Shown here: positions 47,009 to 56,640 of the stretch, piece after piece
Layout of the letters: each line of letters begins with the position of its first letter
Position numbering within the stretch: the stretch's first letter is position 1
NCBI RefSeq assembly: GCF_017939745.1
Contig: NZ_JAGKQQ010000001.1
Coordinates: 6,089,299 to 6,153,298 of the forward strand
Direction: 5' to 3'
Length of the DNA: 64,000 nucleotides
Source: Gemmata palustris
GTDB lineage: Bacteria; Planctomycetota; Planctomycetia; Gemmatales; Gemmataceae
The notes under the pieces: generated by a model
Database searches by the model: none
What the model was told of the DNA's origin: nothing
What the model saw: only the letters and a program-made list of their open reading frames with translations
Position numbers and translations under genes: made by a program

Positions 47009-47151
47009 GGCTCCGCCCCCTGTGATGTCACGTCCGCCCCAACTTCACCATCTTTCGACCGGGAGCGGCACCAAAAGCAAAGCCTTCCGATCGCGGGTGC
47101 AATCAGAAGGCGGGAGCAGTTCGGTTTGTGCGAGCTGGCGCGAATACCTTG

Positions 47152-47598
47152 TTACGCGACCCAGTTCGCGTCCGTCGAAGTGAACGCGACCAGCTCTTCC
47201 GGGGTGAACCACAGCGCGATTTCGATCGCGGCGTTCTCGGTGCTGTCGCTGCCGTGAACGAGGTTGTTCTGCACACTCAGCGCGAAATCCCCGCGGATCG
47301 TGCCAGGCGCCGACTTCGCACCGTCGGTCACGCCCATGAGGTTACGGCACACCGCGACCGCTTCGCGCCCCTCCCACACCAGCGCGACCGTCGGCCCGCT
47401 CGTGAGGAACGTGAGCAGGCTCTCGTAGAACGGCTTGCCCTTGTGGACGGCGTAGTGCTTTTCGGCGAGCTCGCGCGACACCTGCACCAACTTCAACCCC
47501 GCGAGCCGCAAACCCTTGCGCTCGAACCGAGTGATGATGTCGCCGACCAACCGGCGCTGCACCGCGTCCGGCTTCAACAGAATGAGGGTTCGTTGCAT
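47152..47598 (-). CDS. ndk: nucleoside diphosphate kinase
   Basis: [19 protein letters not shown]…NLVHGSDS (active-site His). Start at the internal Met 47598. Confidence 0.95.
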   Translation of the reverse strand: MQRTLILLKPDAVQRRLVGDIITRFERKGLRLAGLKLVQVSRELAEKHYAVHKGKPFYESLLTFLTSGPTVALVWEGREAVAVCRNLMGVTDGAKSAPGTIRGDFALSVQNNLVHGSDSTENAAIEIALWFTPEELVAFTSTDANWVA

Positions 47599-47828
47599 GG
47601 CGGGTCTCATTTTATTTGGGAGAACACAACGTCGCGTACCGGTCATGGTGCGGAACGGGCGCGGGTTCGTCCACCGACGACGGAGTTCCAAGTTCCCGAA
47701 CCCCGAGTTCCGGGTTCAAAACGCCCCATAACTTCGCGCCCTCGGTCTTCAACCTGGAACCCGGGAAAATCGTTCAACCATTCGCTTCGGTCTTCCCTTT
47801 TTTCGCGCGCACCGGTATTCCGCGGGTC

Positions 47829-48812
47829 ATGAGGCCGCACTCCCGCTCGACCCGTGTCGCGTTTCGCAGTGCGGTGGGTGCGTCCGTTGCCATTCACGTT
47901 GTCGTTGCAATAGCGCTTTTCGTTCTGTCGCGCTCCGAAGAGCAAAAGCCGCGCGAAGCGGCGATCAACACCCGCGCTTCGGCCGACCCGGACGTGCGGA
48001 TGCGCTTCACCGAGGACGCAGCCGGAGTCGAGGTCTCGCCACAGCCGGTTCCACCAACGCCTCCGACACCGACACCACCAAGCACGACTCCCGAGATCAC
48101 ACCCACGAAACCCGCGCCCACCGCACCACAACCGCCCGAAGCATTAACGGGTACGAGTGCGGATCAGGCGCTGTCGGCGGGACCGTTTAAACCCGCTGTG
48201 CCCAAGGCACTTCCGCCCGAACTTGTTGCGCTGATCCGCAAACCGGGCGCGATCACGACTTCGCCCCCCGCGCCTCCATCAGCTGTCCACGACCCCAACG
48301 TGAAGCCCGCGAGCGGCATCAGTGGAGCGAAGCCCGGTACATCTGCCGCGCGCGCGATACACGGCGCATTGGGTCCGACGCAAACGGTGGTGTACGTCCT
48401 CGACACTTCGGGCAGCATGGGTGCAGCGGGGAAATTCGATGCGGCCCGTGCCGCGCTCGTCGCCACACTCAAACAGCAGCCCGCGACCGTGCGGTTCCAG
48501 GTGGTTGTTTACGACAGCAGCGCTTACCCGCTCCTCGCGTCCAACGGCACCGCGCTAGCCGCGACCGACGCGAACGTCCGCGCCGCGACCACCGCACTCG
48601 CGGCACTGAACTCGCGGGGGAAGAGCAACCACCTCGTCGCGGTGCGTACCGCGCTCGACTTCGGCCCCGACATCATCGTGCTGCTCACGGACGCGGACGA
48701 CCTGACCGCCCGTACTCTCAAACCTGTGTTGTCATCAGTTCCGAAACCGCCCCTGGTCTGTGTCGGACTTGTCACCGCGGAGGGCGTACAACAGCCACGC
48801 GAGTTGAAATAA
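47829..48812 (+). CDS. membrane-anchored von Willebrand factor A (vWA) domain protein with Pro-rich linker
   Basis: TM helix (VAIHVVVAIALFVL), PTPPTPTPP linker, MIDAS motif VLDTSGSM plus downstream vWA fold. Confidence 0.7.
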   Translation: MRPHSRSTRVAFRSAVGASVAIHVVVAIALFVLSRSEEQKPREAAINTRASADPDVRMRFTEDAAGVEVSPQPVPPTPPTPTPPSTTPEITPTKPAPTAPQPPEALTGTSADQALSAGPFKPAVPKALPPELVALIRKPGAITTSPPAPPSAVHDPNVKPASGISGAKPGTSAARAIHGALGPTQTVVYVLDTSGSMGAAGKFDAARAALVATLKQQPATVRFQVVVYDSSAYPLLASNGTALAATDANVRAATTALAALNSRGKSNHLVAVRTALDFGPDIIVLLTDADDLTARTLKPVLSSVPKPPLVCVGLVTAEGVQQPRELK

Positions 48813-48822
48813 CGGAGGCGAC

Positions 48823-49602
48823 ATGCCGAGCAAGCTCGTTTCGTGGCCGCGCCCGCATTTCGTACCCGGGGGCGGTGACCCGTTCCTGTTCTTCGTGGTG
48901 TTCGGCGACTTCGATCTGACCAAGCCGTTCAGTGCGCTAAAGTACCGCTCCCACGGCCCGGGTACGTGGTTGGAGGTCGTTCGGCTCACCCGCGCCGAAG
49001 CCCCGACCGAGGCCGCGGAGTACCAGTCCGGCCCACTGTGGGAACAGATCCGGCGCGACGCGCCGGTAACGGCATCTGAAGCGGAACGTGCCCCGCACAC
49101 GGTGGTCGTTCGCGGCACTGCGACCGATCCGAACACGCTCGACTACTTCCGCGACGCGATCGGCGTCGTCTCGTGGCTGCTCGATTGCGGCGGGACGTCG
49201 GTTTACGACCCGCAGCGCTTGTGGTTGTGGTCCGCCGACGAGTGGCGGGACGAAGTGTTCGCGCTGGGCGAATCGCAACCGCTGGCCCACACCGTGATCC
49301 TGGTGTCGGACGACGACAAGCCCGAAACGACGTGGCTCCACACGCGCGGGATGCGCCAGTACGGGCGCCCGGACCTGAGTGTTCGCGGCGTCGGCCCGAC
49401 TCACATTGATGCGGTCACGGAGATGATCGAGCGCTTCACCGCGTTTCAGGCGCTCGGCGGCGTGATTAGTGAGGGCGAAAGCATCCGAATGGAAGCGCTC
49501 CCGCCGGGCGGTGTGTGCCACCCGCGCGGGACCCTCGAAGACCCCGATTTCAACAACGTTCACGTCGCAATCGAGTGGGCGAACGGTGCGATTGGGGACT
49601 AA
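48823..49602 (+). CDS. hypothetical protein
   Basis: 259-aa ORF with native GC and no recognisable motif. Translationally close to the vWA gene (10-nt gap). Confidence 0.4.
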   Translation: MPSKLVSWPRPHFVPGGGDPFLFFVVFGDFDLTKPFSALKYRSHGPGTWLEVVRLTRAEAPTEAAEYQSGPLWEQIRRDAPVTASEAERAPHTVVVRGTATDPNTLDYFRDAIGVVSWLLDCGGTSVYDPQRLWLWSADEWRDEVFALGESQPLAHTVILVSDDDKPETTWLHTRGMRQYGRPDLSVRGVGPTHIDAVTEMIERFTAFQALGGVISEGESIRMEALPPGGVCHPRGTLEDPDFNNVHVAIEWANGAIGD

Positions 49603-49603
49603 A

Positions 49604-49680
49604 AGCGTCACAGGTCGCAGGTCCGGAAGTCGTAAAGTCGAAGAACAGATCGCGACCCGACTTTACGACTTCCGGCCCTG
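49604..49680. terminator. long-stem hairpin (bidirectional terminator) between convergent genes
   Basis: gtcacaggtcgcaggtccggaagtcgtaaagtcg … cgactttacgacttccggccctgcgatctgtgac; ~34-bp stem with 2-3 mismatches. Confidence 0.6.
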
Positions 49681-49697
49681 CGATCTGTGACGGGTCT

Positions 49698-50612
49698 TCA
49701 AGCCAGCTGATCTTCGTACTCGTCAGCGTCCTCGTTCGTCCCGTCTTGCGGCGGAGTGTTCGCGAACTCGGCGCTCGACGGGTTGTGCGCATCGATCGAC
49801 CGGAGCAACTTCGCCGCCTCTTCCAGTTCGTTCCCCATGCAGCACACGCTGATGACCACTTCCGCGAGCGCCGCGAACGGGAGGTCGTTTGTGAGTTCAA
49901 CCCAGCGCGCGAGTTCGGTCGCGGTGAGTTCCGGCAACTTGCGGGCGAGGTACGCTTCGCGCATCCGGGCGTCCGGGGCGTCGATGCGCAGGATGCGGTC
50001 GAAGCGACGGGGGCGCGAGATGATGCGCCGGTCGAGTTTCTCCGGGTAGTTGGTCGTCGCGAGGTTCACGGCCTTGTCGACTTGGTGGTTGCCGTCGAGC
50101 CACTGGAGCAGTTCGGAGTCGCCGTACTGCTCGATGATGGCGTCGATGTCCTCGAACACGCACACGATCGGTCGGGTCGGTTCCACCTCGCGGAACTTCT
50201 GCATGCAGTGGATAAAGTGGCCGGGGTACTGGCAGTAAAACGCGAGGTGCCCGTCGGCGACCACATCCGAGATGATCTGGTTGACCAGCGACGACTTCCC
50301 GCACCCCTGCTTGCCGTAGAGCAGGTACCCGCGCCGGTGCAGGTACCCGTAGCGCGCGAACCGGTCGCCCAGCGCCCAGAACTTCTTGATCTCGTTCTGC
50401 ACTTGAGCCGGGAGGCTGTCCGGGAAGTGGATCAGTTCGTCCGCCTGGACGTCGCGGCCCTGGTAGTTCGGGTGCCCGCAACTATCGAGGAACACGGTGT
50501 ACGCGCCGGCCGGGAGCACGTCGGCCGTGCGCCCGCACACCTGGTACTTGTTCGGCCCGGTAATCATCCACTGGTAGCCGTACTCGTTGCGGACCGGGAG
50601 ACGGTTCACCAT
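49698..50612 (-). CDS. classic-clade AAA ATPase with ~135-aa unknown N-terminal domain
   Basis: Walker A GKQGCGKS. Walker B IVCVFEDID. Sensor-1/Arg-finger region NLATTNYPEKLDRRIISRPRRFDRIL. Start preferred at Met 50612 (GAGG RBS); alternative GTG at 50816. Confidence 0.75.
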   Translation of the reverse strand: MVNRLPVRNEYGYQWMITGPNKYQVCGRTADVLPAGAYTVFLDSCGHPNYQGRDVQADELIHFPDSLPAQVQNEIKKFWALGDRFARYGYLHRRGYLLYGKQGCGKSSLVNQIISDVVADGHLAFYCQYPGHFIHCMQKFREVEPTRPIVCVFEDIDAIIEQYGDSELLQWLDGNHQVDKAVNLATTNYPEKLDRRIISRPRRFDRILRIDAPDARMREAYLARKLPELTATELARWVELTNDLPFAALAEVVISVCCMGNELEEAAKLLRSIDAHNPSSAEFANTPPQDGTNEDADEYEDQLA

Positions 50613-50816
50613 TGTGCCCTCGAAGGGTGAGAATTCGCGAACAGGACCGCTGAAGTTGGTTCGTGGTTCGCGCGCGGAAATTGGGGAGCGGAGAAATTTG
50701 TAACCCAGCGCGGGGCCGAACGCAGTGTCGGTAGTCGGGCGAAAATCTTTGAGTCGCGGGCGCGCCCCGCGTAACGTAGCCGGGAACCGTTTCGCTACTC
50801 GCTCCCGGAGCCGCAC

Positions 50817-52370
50817 ATGCGTTACCGCGCGCTATTCGCGCTTCTCGCCGTCACCTTTTTTCTCACCAGTGCTTCGGCCCAGCCCAAGGTGGCCGCGCCG
50901 CCGGACGCGGTGTTCGACAAGTACCGCGCGGGCGACAAGGAGGCCGCCCGCAAGTTCTACAAGAAGCACATCGACATGAACGGGCTGTCGATCCTCGCGG
51001 CGAACGAGGTCGCGGACGAGGCGCTCGTGCGCACGCACCACATCGTCACGCACATGCTCGCGGGGCGCCCGGACGTACTGGAAGCGATGGCGAAGCACGG
51101 CACGCGGCTCATCATCATCGGCAAGGACCAAGTCTACACCGACATGCCGGAGTACCGGAACACCCCGAACCCGGCGTACATGAACGAGCGCGTGCGCGGG
51201 ACCGGCGGGCTCGGGGTCACGAGCTTCGGCGAGGAGAACCTGTTGAACCTCGCGGGCGACCGGTACGACGACGAGAGCATCGGCGTCCACGAGTTCCTGC
51301 ACACGGTTGATGCGGCCCTCGGGCGCGTCGACGTGGGCTGGCGCAACCGCCTGGGCGAAACGTACAAGGGTGCGCTGGAGAAGGGCTTGTGGAAGAACAC
51401 CTACGCGGCCTCGAACCCGGCAGAATATTGGGCCGAGATCGCGCAGTGCTACTTCGACTGCAACCGCGTGAACAACTGGAACCACGGGCCGATCGCGACG
51501 CGCGAGCAACTGAAGCAGCACGACCCGGACGGCTACGAACTCGTGAGGAAGACGATGAACCTGAAGCCGGAGACCGACTGGCGGTACGCCCCGGTGCGCA
51601 AGCAGCCGAGCGTGATTGCCCCGCCCGCGCGGTTCAAGTTCGACGGGTACTACACCAAGTTCACATTCGCCCGCGAGTTCCCGGTGCTGGGGTCGAAACA
51701 GGTAAGCGACGCGGCCCTGCTCGCGGCGAACGATACCGTGCGCAAGATGTTCGCGTACCGGCACGACATCCTGAAAGCGATGATCGCGGACGGCGCGCGA
51801 CTCGTGGTCCTCGGTCGCACGGAGAAGCTGAGCGACCTGCCCGAGTTCGCCGGCGCGAAGAACAAGACGGAACTCGATCTCGTGCGGTACCTCGACTACG
51901 CGCCGGCGCTGAAGCTGATGGTCGTCCCGGAGGAGAGCGTGCTCAAAGCGCCCGACGAGCCGTTCGCCGGGAAGTGCATGGTGGTGAGCGTGTTCGCGAA
52001 GGGGCTGTACCACGTCACCGCGACGCGCCCGGCAGACCCGGAGTTCGAGAACCGGCGCGAGAAGCAACAGTACGAACTGCGCGTGAAGCGACTGGACATC
52101 GAGTTCGACAAGAAGCTCACCACACTATTCGACGCGGCCAAAGACAAGAAGTTGTGGAAAGGCACGGCGGCGGCACGCGACCGCGCCGAATATTGGACCG
52201 CGGGCGTGGAGGCGTATTTCGACGCGGTCGGGACCGGAGTCGCTCCGAATGGGGCCGACCGACCCATCACGACGCGCGAGATGCTGAAGGCTTACGACCC
52301 TGAATTGTTCGCGCTGGTGGACGAGACGATGGCCTACAAGGAGCGCGTCGATTGGCGGGTGAAGCGGTAA
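50817..52370 (+). CDS. secreted protein with two tandem M34/ATLF-like metallopeptidase-like domains (first has HExxH, second lacks it)
   Basis: Signal peptide. Domain 1: HEFLHTVD…NPAEYWAEIAQCYFD. Domain 2: GLYHV…DRAEYWTAGVEAYFD. Paralogous to the 26367..27068 protein. Confidence 0.5.
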   Translation: MRYRALFALLAVTFFLTSASAQPKVAAPPDAVFDKYRAGDKEAARKFYKKHIDMNGLSILAANEVADEALVRTHHIVTHMLAGRPDVLEAMAKHGTRLIIIGKDQVYTDMPEYRNTPNPAYMNERVRGTGGLGVTSFGEENLLNLAGDRYDDESIGVHEFLHTVDAALGRVDVGWRNRLGETYKGALEKGLWKNTYAASNPAEYWAEIAQCYFDCNRVNNWNHGPIATREQLKQHDPDGYELVRKTMNLKPETDWRYAPVRKQPSVIAPPARFKFDGYYTKFTFAREFPVLGSKQVSDAALLAANDTVRKMFAYRHDILKAMIADGARLVVLGRTEKLSDLPEFAGAKNKTELDLVRYLDYAPALKLMVVPEESVLKAPDEPFAGKCMVVSVFAKGLYHVTATRPADPEFENRREKQQYELRVKRLDIEFDKKLTTLFDAAKDKKLWKGTAAARDRAEYWTAGVEAYFDAVGTGVAPNGADRPITTREMLKAYDPELFALVDETMAYKERVDWRVKR

Positions 52371-52449
52371 GTCACGTTCGGCGCGCTGTGGTTACGCAGC
52401 GCGCCGAACAGTTCCGATCAGTAGTTGAGCGCACGACATAGGTCGTGGG

Positions 52450-53760
52450 TCACTGAGCCGGCTTGATCTCGAACTTACGGGCGACGGGCGCGGCGAGCTT
52501 GTAGATCTCGGCTTGCGCGGCATCGATCTTTTCCATCCGCTTCTTCAGTTCACTCGCCCGCCGCTCGGCCGCGGTCTCGGCGAGATCCTTCAGCCACTCC
52601 TTGTTCGGGAACTGGAACATCACCACGTCGTAGAACCGCTGCGCCACGATGCCGTTCTTCGCGTTGATCGCTTGCAGCACCTTGTTGCTCTGCTCCCACA
52701 CCGGGCCGGTGGTGACGTTACCGAGGTTCACGCCCTTGCCCAGTTCCGCCGCGGAGAACTTGCCCACCGCAGTACCGTCGATGCTCACGGTGTAGTCGCC
52801 GTCCTTCAAACCTTGCACGGTCAGACCGTAGTAGTTCAGGTCTTTGAGTTCGTTCGTGTACGGCAGCATCGGCAGCCAGTCCTTCTGGACCGGGAGCGGC
52901 AGGGCATCGTCGGTGCGGGTGAAGGCTACGCTCGTAGGCGTGACTTCCAGACCGTCCACTTTGCATCCCTTACCGGCCGCTTGCGAGCTCTTCACTTCCA
53001 CTGAAACGTCGCTCACGAGCGCCGGCGCCTTCAGGCCGGTGAGGATGGCGTGGGCCATGAGCATCCCGCCCGGAGGGGAGGTGTGGAACCCGTCGTAGTA
53101 CGGCACGGCCTTCTTCGCCGCCGGGTCGTCCACTTCCATTTTGTCGGTCGCGGCGCGCGTGAGTGCGTACTGATCGACGAAGCTCACCTTGTGCTTGGCC
53201 GCGAGATCCTTGAGCGGCGCGTAGAACTCCTTCTGCGTTTCGACGTACTGCTTGCCGTTGCTCTTGTTGCGACGGTCCACCGCGTTGGGCGAGAGCAGCG
53301 CGACACGCGCCCCGGCCTTGTTCGCCATGTCGAGCATGGCCGCGGTCTTCTCGACGAACACCTTGTTCGTTTGTGGATTGAACGCGCCGTACCCGCCGTC
53401 GTTCATGCCGAAGTTGATCGTGATGGCTGTGGGTTTTTCGGCGAGAACGTGGGTTTGAAACCGGTTCGCGCCGCCGTTGGCGGTGTCGCCACCGATGCCC
53501 GCGTTGATGAACGCGAAGTTCCCCTTGGGCATCCGCGTGGTGAGGTACAGCTCGATGTAGGTCGAATACTGGTACTGCGCGGTGATGCTGTCACCGAGGA
53601 AGACGATGCGGTCGTTCGGTTTGAAGAAGAAGTCTTTTGCCGCCCCCTCTCCCGATGCGGCGGCCAGTTTGGGGTCAGCGGCGCGGAGGGTGGGTGGAGT
53701 AGGTGCGAGTCCGACAACAAATGCAGACACAAACGCGGCCGAAGCGAGCAAGCGAACCAT
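52450..53760 (-). CDS. SGNH/GDSL-family hydrolase with C-terminal extension, secreted
   Basis: Signal peptide. Block I FLGDSIT. Block III GxND (FGMNDGG). Block V DGFH (YYDGFHTS). Confidence 0.75.
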   Translation of the reverse strand: MVRLLASAAFVSAFVVGLAPTPPTLRAADPKLAAASGEGAAKDFFFKPNDRIVFLGDSITAQYQYSTYIELYLTTRMPKGNFAFINAGIGGDTANGGANRFQTHVLAEKPTAITINFGMNDGGYGAFNPQTNKVFVEKTAAMLDMANKAGARVALLSPNAVDRRNKSNGKQYVETQKEFYAPLKDLAAKHKVSFVDQYALTRAATDKMEVDDPAAKKAVPYYDGFHTSPPGGMLMAHAILTGLKAPALVSDVSVEVKSSQAAGKGCKVDGLEVTPTSVAFTRTDDALPLPVQKDWLPMLPYTNELKDLNYYGLTVQGLKDGDYTVSIDGTAVGKFSAAELGKGVNLGNVTTGPVWEQSNKVLQAINAKNGIVAQRFYDVVMFQFPNKEWLKDLAETAAERRASELKKRMEKIDAAQAEIYKLAAPVARKFEIKPAQ

Positions 53761-53916
53761 CGGGTAAACCTCGTGCGGAAAGGTGGCACGAGGCGGATTG
53801 TAGCCGGTCGCGAGCCATTTGGACCGAAGAAAGGTGAGCGCTGCCCTTGTTCTTGGTAAAATGAGTTGAGAAGCTCAAAGCGAGGTGCAGAAACCGTGCT
53901 CAAGGCAAGTGAATTC

Positions 53917-54618
53917 ATGCCGATTGCGTTTGAAGCGACCGCCGTCGGCTTCAATTTGAGCGCCTCGAGAAGTAAGCTCGCCGCCCGTCTGCTCAATCAC
54001 TACGGCGACCGTATCGACGACATCACCGAGTTAGGTTTTACCCGACGGAAGCAATCCTACTCGGATGAGTTCCAAATCATGTTTGGGAGCGTGGGATTTC
54101 TTACGGTCGATCACATCAGGGCGAAGGTTGAATGCGGTTTTCCCGCCGAATCTGGTCCGGGAAAGAAATGGATACCCGAGCGCGTGAACTGGGCGGTCGA
54201 TCTCCTCTCGCTGATCTTAGACTTTCACAAGCAACGAGCGTGCTCCTTGTGGTTTGAAATGACTTGGCTTCTTTGGGAGGAATCTTCCACGACTCGTCTG
54301 ATAGATCAGCTGGGGTTAACTCGCTCCTTGAACGGGTTCTTTGCCGCGTCCCAAGAGTTTGAAATTCGTGGCGACTCGCAAACGGAATTGCCGGGGCTGT
54401 TCCCGGTAACGTGCGAGCTCACGATGGGGCGCATGGTAAACTACGAGCCGCCCGAAGATATTGGGGTTCAATTAAAGTACCGAAGCCCAGACAATCGACA
54501 CGATGATGATTACCCTGTTGACTACTCTCGGGAGACACTCGACCTGTTCTTTGCAACTGCTCCAGAGGTCATGTATCAACAGTTCGATCGTTTGTTCCCG
54601 GATGGAGAAGCTCCATGA
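53917..54618 (+). CDS. hypothetical protein A of low-GC three-gene operon
   Basis: ATG 53917; the track allows TTG 53866. About 53% GC with AT-rich third codon positions. No recognisable motif. Confidence 0.5.
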   Translation: MPIAFEATAVGFNLSASRSKLAARLLNHYGDRIDDITELGFTRRKQSYSDEFQIMFGSVGFLTVDHIRAKVECGFPAESGPGKKWIPERVNWAVDLLSLILDFHKQRACSLWFEMTWLLWEESSTTRLIDQLGLTRSLNGFFAASQEFEIRGDSQTELPGLFPVTCELTMGRMVNYEPPEDIGVQLKYRSPDNRHDDDYPVDYSRETLDLFFATAPEVMYQQFDRLFPDGEAP

Positions 54619-55124
54619 ATACTTGGCCCCGGCAGGACAATCTCACTTTCGCCCTCTCGGACCGGTCGCGGCACAGTTCTGAACCTATCCGAGAGAAAAA
54701 ATTCCGAGTCGTGCGCGGAGCTAAGGGGGCTTCGCGATTCCAGTTTTGTCGCACGAACGCGCGCGCGGACGACCAAGGCAAGATAGATGAACACCTCGCG
54801 TACTTGAAGCGCATGGCGACCGATGCGGTCGTGTCGCCCGCACTCGCGCACCGGGCCAAAGTTGTCTGGCATGTTGCTTGGATCTCTTTGGAAGGTGCAT
54901 TGCCCGTTCCGGCAGCTGCCGCAATTACCGATGGACCTGTCGAGTATTTCTGGGAGATCGGGGCGCATCAGATGTCGGTCGAAATTCCGGTCGAAGGTGC
55001 GTGCCACTGGTTCTACCGGAACAAGACCACCGGCGAAGTGTGGGGCGGTGATAACCCAACCGACGACGTATTGCCCTTGCGCATCGTTCGCTATTTAGAG
55101 CGCCTCGTAGCGAGCAAACACTGA
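54615..55124 (+). CDS. hypothetical protein B of low-GC three-gene operon
   Basis: Start overlaps the gene A stop (ATGA). 169 aa with no recognisable motif. Confidence 0.5.
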   Translation: MNTWPRQDNLTFALSDRSRHSSEPIREKKFRVVRGAKGASRFQFCRTNARADDQGKIDEHLAYLKRMATDAVVSPALAHRAKVVWHVAWISLEGALPVPAAAAITDGPVEYFWEIGAHQMSVEIPVEGACHWFYRNKTTGEVWGGDNPTDDVLPLRIVRYLERLVASKH

Positions 55125-55726
55125 TGCCGTCGGACGCCCAGCCCGAACCAATTATTCCTGGCCTGGACGGGACTCCCGTGCCTGGAGGGATACGCGCTAT
55201 CCGCATGGGCAATGAACCCAAGCTCGACAATCTCAGTCCCGAAGCACTTCGACGAGTTCAAGAAGGGAAGGCGATCCCGTCTTTCTTTAAGTTGTCATCC
55301 GAAGACGAGAAGCAAATCGTCCCGCGCCTTTCCGTCTGGCTTGAACCATTGACCAGTGTAGCTCAAGCCTGGATTTTAGTTGGTGCGAATTTAAAACGTC
55401 GCTGGGTGTTATTCCTGAAGATCGACCAAATTCGCACTGTCATCGCACCGGCGGTAGAGAAGTTCCCGCAAACGCCGCCACTTGAAGTTGAATGGGAGCG
55501 TGCGACCCGGCTGACGGAAGCTGGTGATCGCGTTCCAGAAACCCGCACCGGGTGGGAAGGGCACGCAGGAATCACGAATCTGAACAAGGGAAACAAAACA
55601 CAGCGAGAGGCAATCCGCTGGCAACTGGCCGATCTCGCTGTGGTACAAATCCTATCGGAAGAAGATTTGACTTCGTTTATCAATGAGCAGAAGTCAGACC
55701 ATAAATCTTCCTCTACACCTTCTTAA
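55124..55726 (+). CDS. hypothetical protein C of low-GC three-gene operon
   Basis: Start overlaps the gene B stop (TGATG). 200 aa, about 52% GC, no recognisable motif. Confidence 0.5.
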   Translation: MPSDAQPEPIIPGLDGTPVPGGIRAIRMGNEPKLDNLSPEALRRVQEGKAIPSFFKLSSEDEKQIVPRLSVWLEPLTSVAQAWILVGANLKRRWVLFLKIDQIRTVIAPAVEKFPQTPPLEVEWERATRLTEAGDRVPETRTGWEGHAGITNLNKGNKTQREAIRWQLADLAVVQILSEEDLTSFINEQKSDHKSSSTPS

Positions 55727-56567
55727 ACTGTGTGGTGAGTTCAAAGGTGCCGTCGGGCAGCGGAACTTTCTGGTAATCGCCAAAGAGGTTAGGCGCGTCC
55801 TTCTGGAGCACGTCGAGGACCGCCCCCGCGAGCTTGCGAATCTCGGGTTCGGCGAACGCGGACCCGCGTTGCTCGAAGAAGTGCCGCAGCGCGCGGGCGT
55901 TGGCGGTGATGAAAATCTTCGTCTCGGTCGCGTTCGGCAGCACGCTGCGTGCGGCTTGGCGCGCGGTCTTGCGCCGGGTGGTGCGGTCCGAATCGGGTGG
56001 GAGCATTGCAGCCGTGGCCGCTGCGGGATCGGCCAGTTTCGTGTTCAGCGCTTCGGCCAGTTTGACGTAGGCCGCGTGCGACTGCTTCACGGTTTCGAGC
56101 CAGATCGCGTGCAACTCGGGGTCGTTCGCGATGATGTCCGGCTCGACGTACTCGGCCACCGACTCATCCACATAGCGCTGTGAAAGTTGCGAGAACCCGA
56201 ACCCCGCGCGGTGCCGCACCAGTTCGTGCGTGAGCGAACGCGACACCCCCGTGAGGAGCAAGTTCCACACGGCGTGCTCGAGCACGCTGCCGTGGCCGAC
56301 TTCCTTGATGTGCGTGAGGTACGCCGCGTTCCCGCCCGGGCGGGGCTTCGCGAAGCTCATGTAGCACACGCGCCCGGCCGTTTCGGTGAGCACCTCGCCG
56401 GCGACCTCGCTGTCGCTCTCCCAGCTCACGCCGTGGTCCGCGAGGAAGCGATCGAGTTCGGCGTCGTCCACCGTTTGCTTGCCGAGAACGTACACCGACG
56501 GCTCGGTAATGACGCGAATGCCGGTATCCACTGTGGAAACTGTGGGGTGAGGAGTTGGCACAACCAT
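55713..56567 (-). CDS. thyX: flavin-dependent thymidylate synthase
   Basis: ThyX signature RHRAGFGFSQLSQRY (RHRx7-8S-x-RY). Confidence 0.85.
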   Translation of the reverse strand: MVVPTPHPTVSTVDTGIRVITEPSVYVLGKQTVDDAELDRFLADHGVSWESDSEVAGEVLTETAGRVCYMSFAKPRPGGNAAYLTHIKEVGHGSVLEHAVWNLLLTGVSRSLTHELVRHRAGFGFSQLSQRYVDESVAEYVEPDIIANDPELHAIWLETVKQSHAAYVKLAEALNTKLADPAAATAAMLPPDSDRTTRRKTARQAARSVLPNATETKIFITANARALRHFFEQRGSAFAEPEIRKLAGAVLDVLQKDAPNLFGDYQKVPLPDGTFELTTQFKKV

Positions 56568-56640
56568 GTGCGAGGTCCGTCCATAAGGTACGATGTAATC
56601 ATCTTAATCGACTGTTCCGATTGTGTGAATTGAGTCCGAG

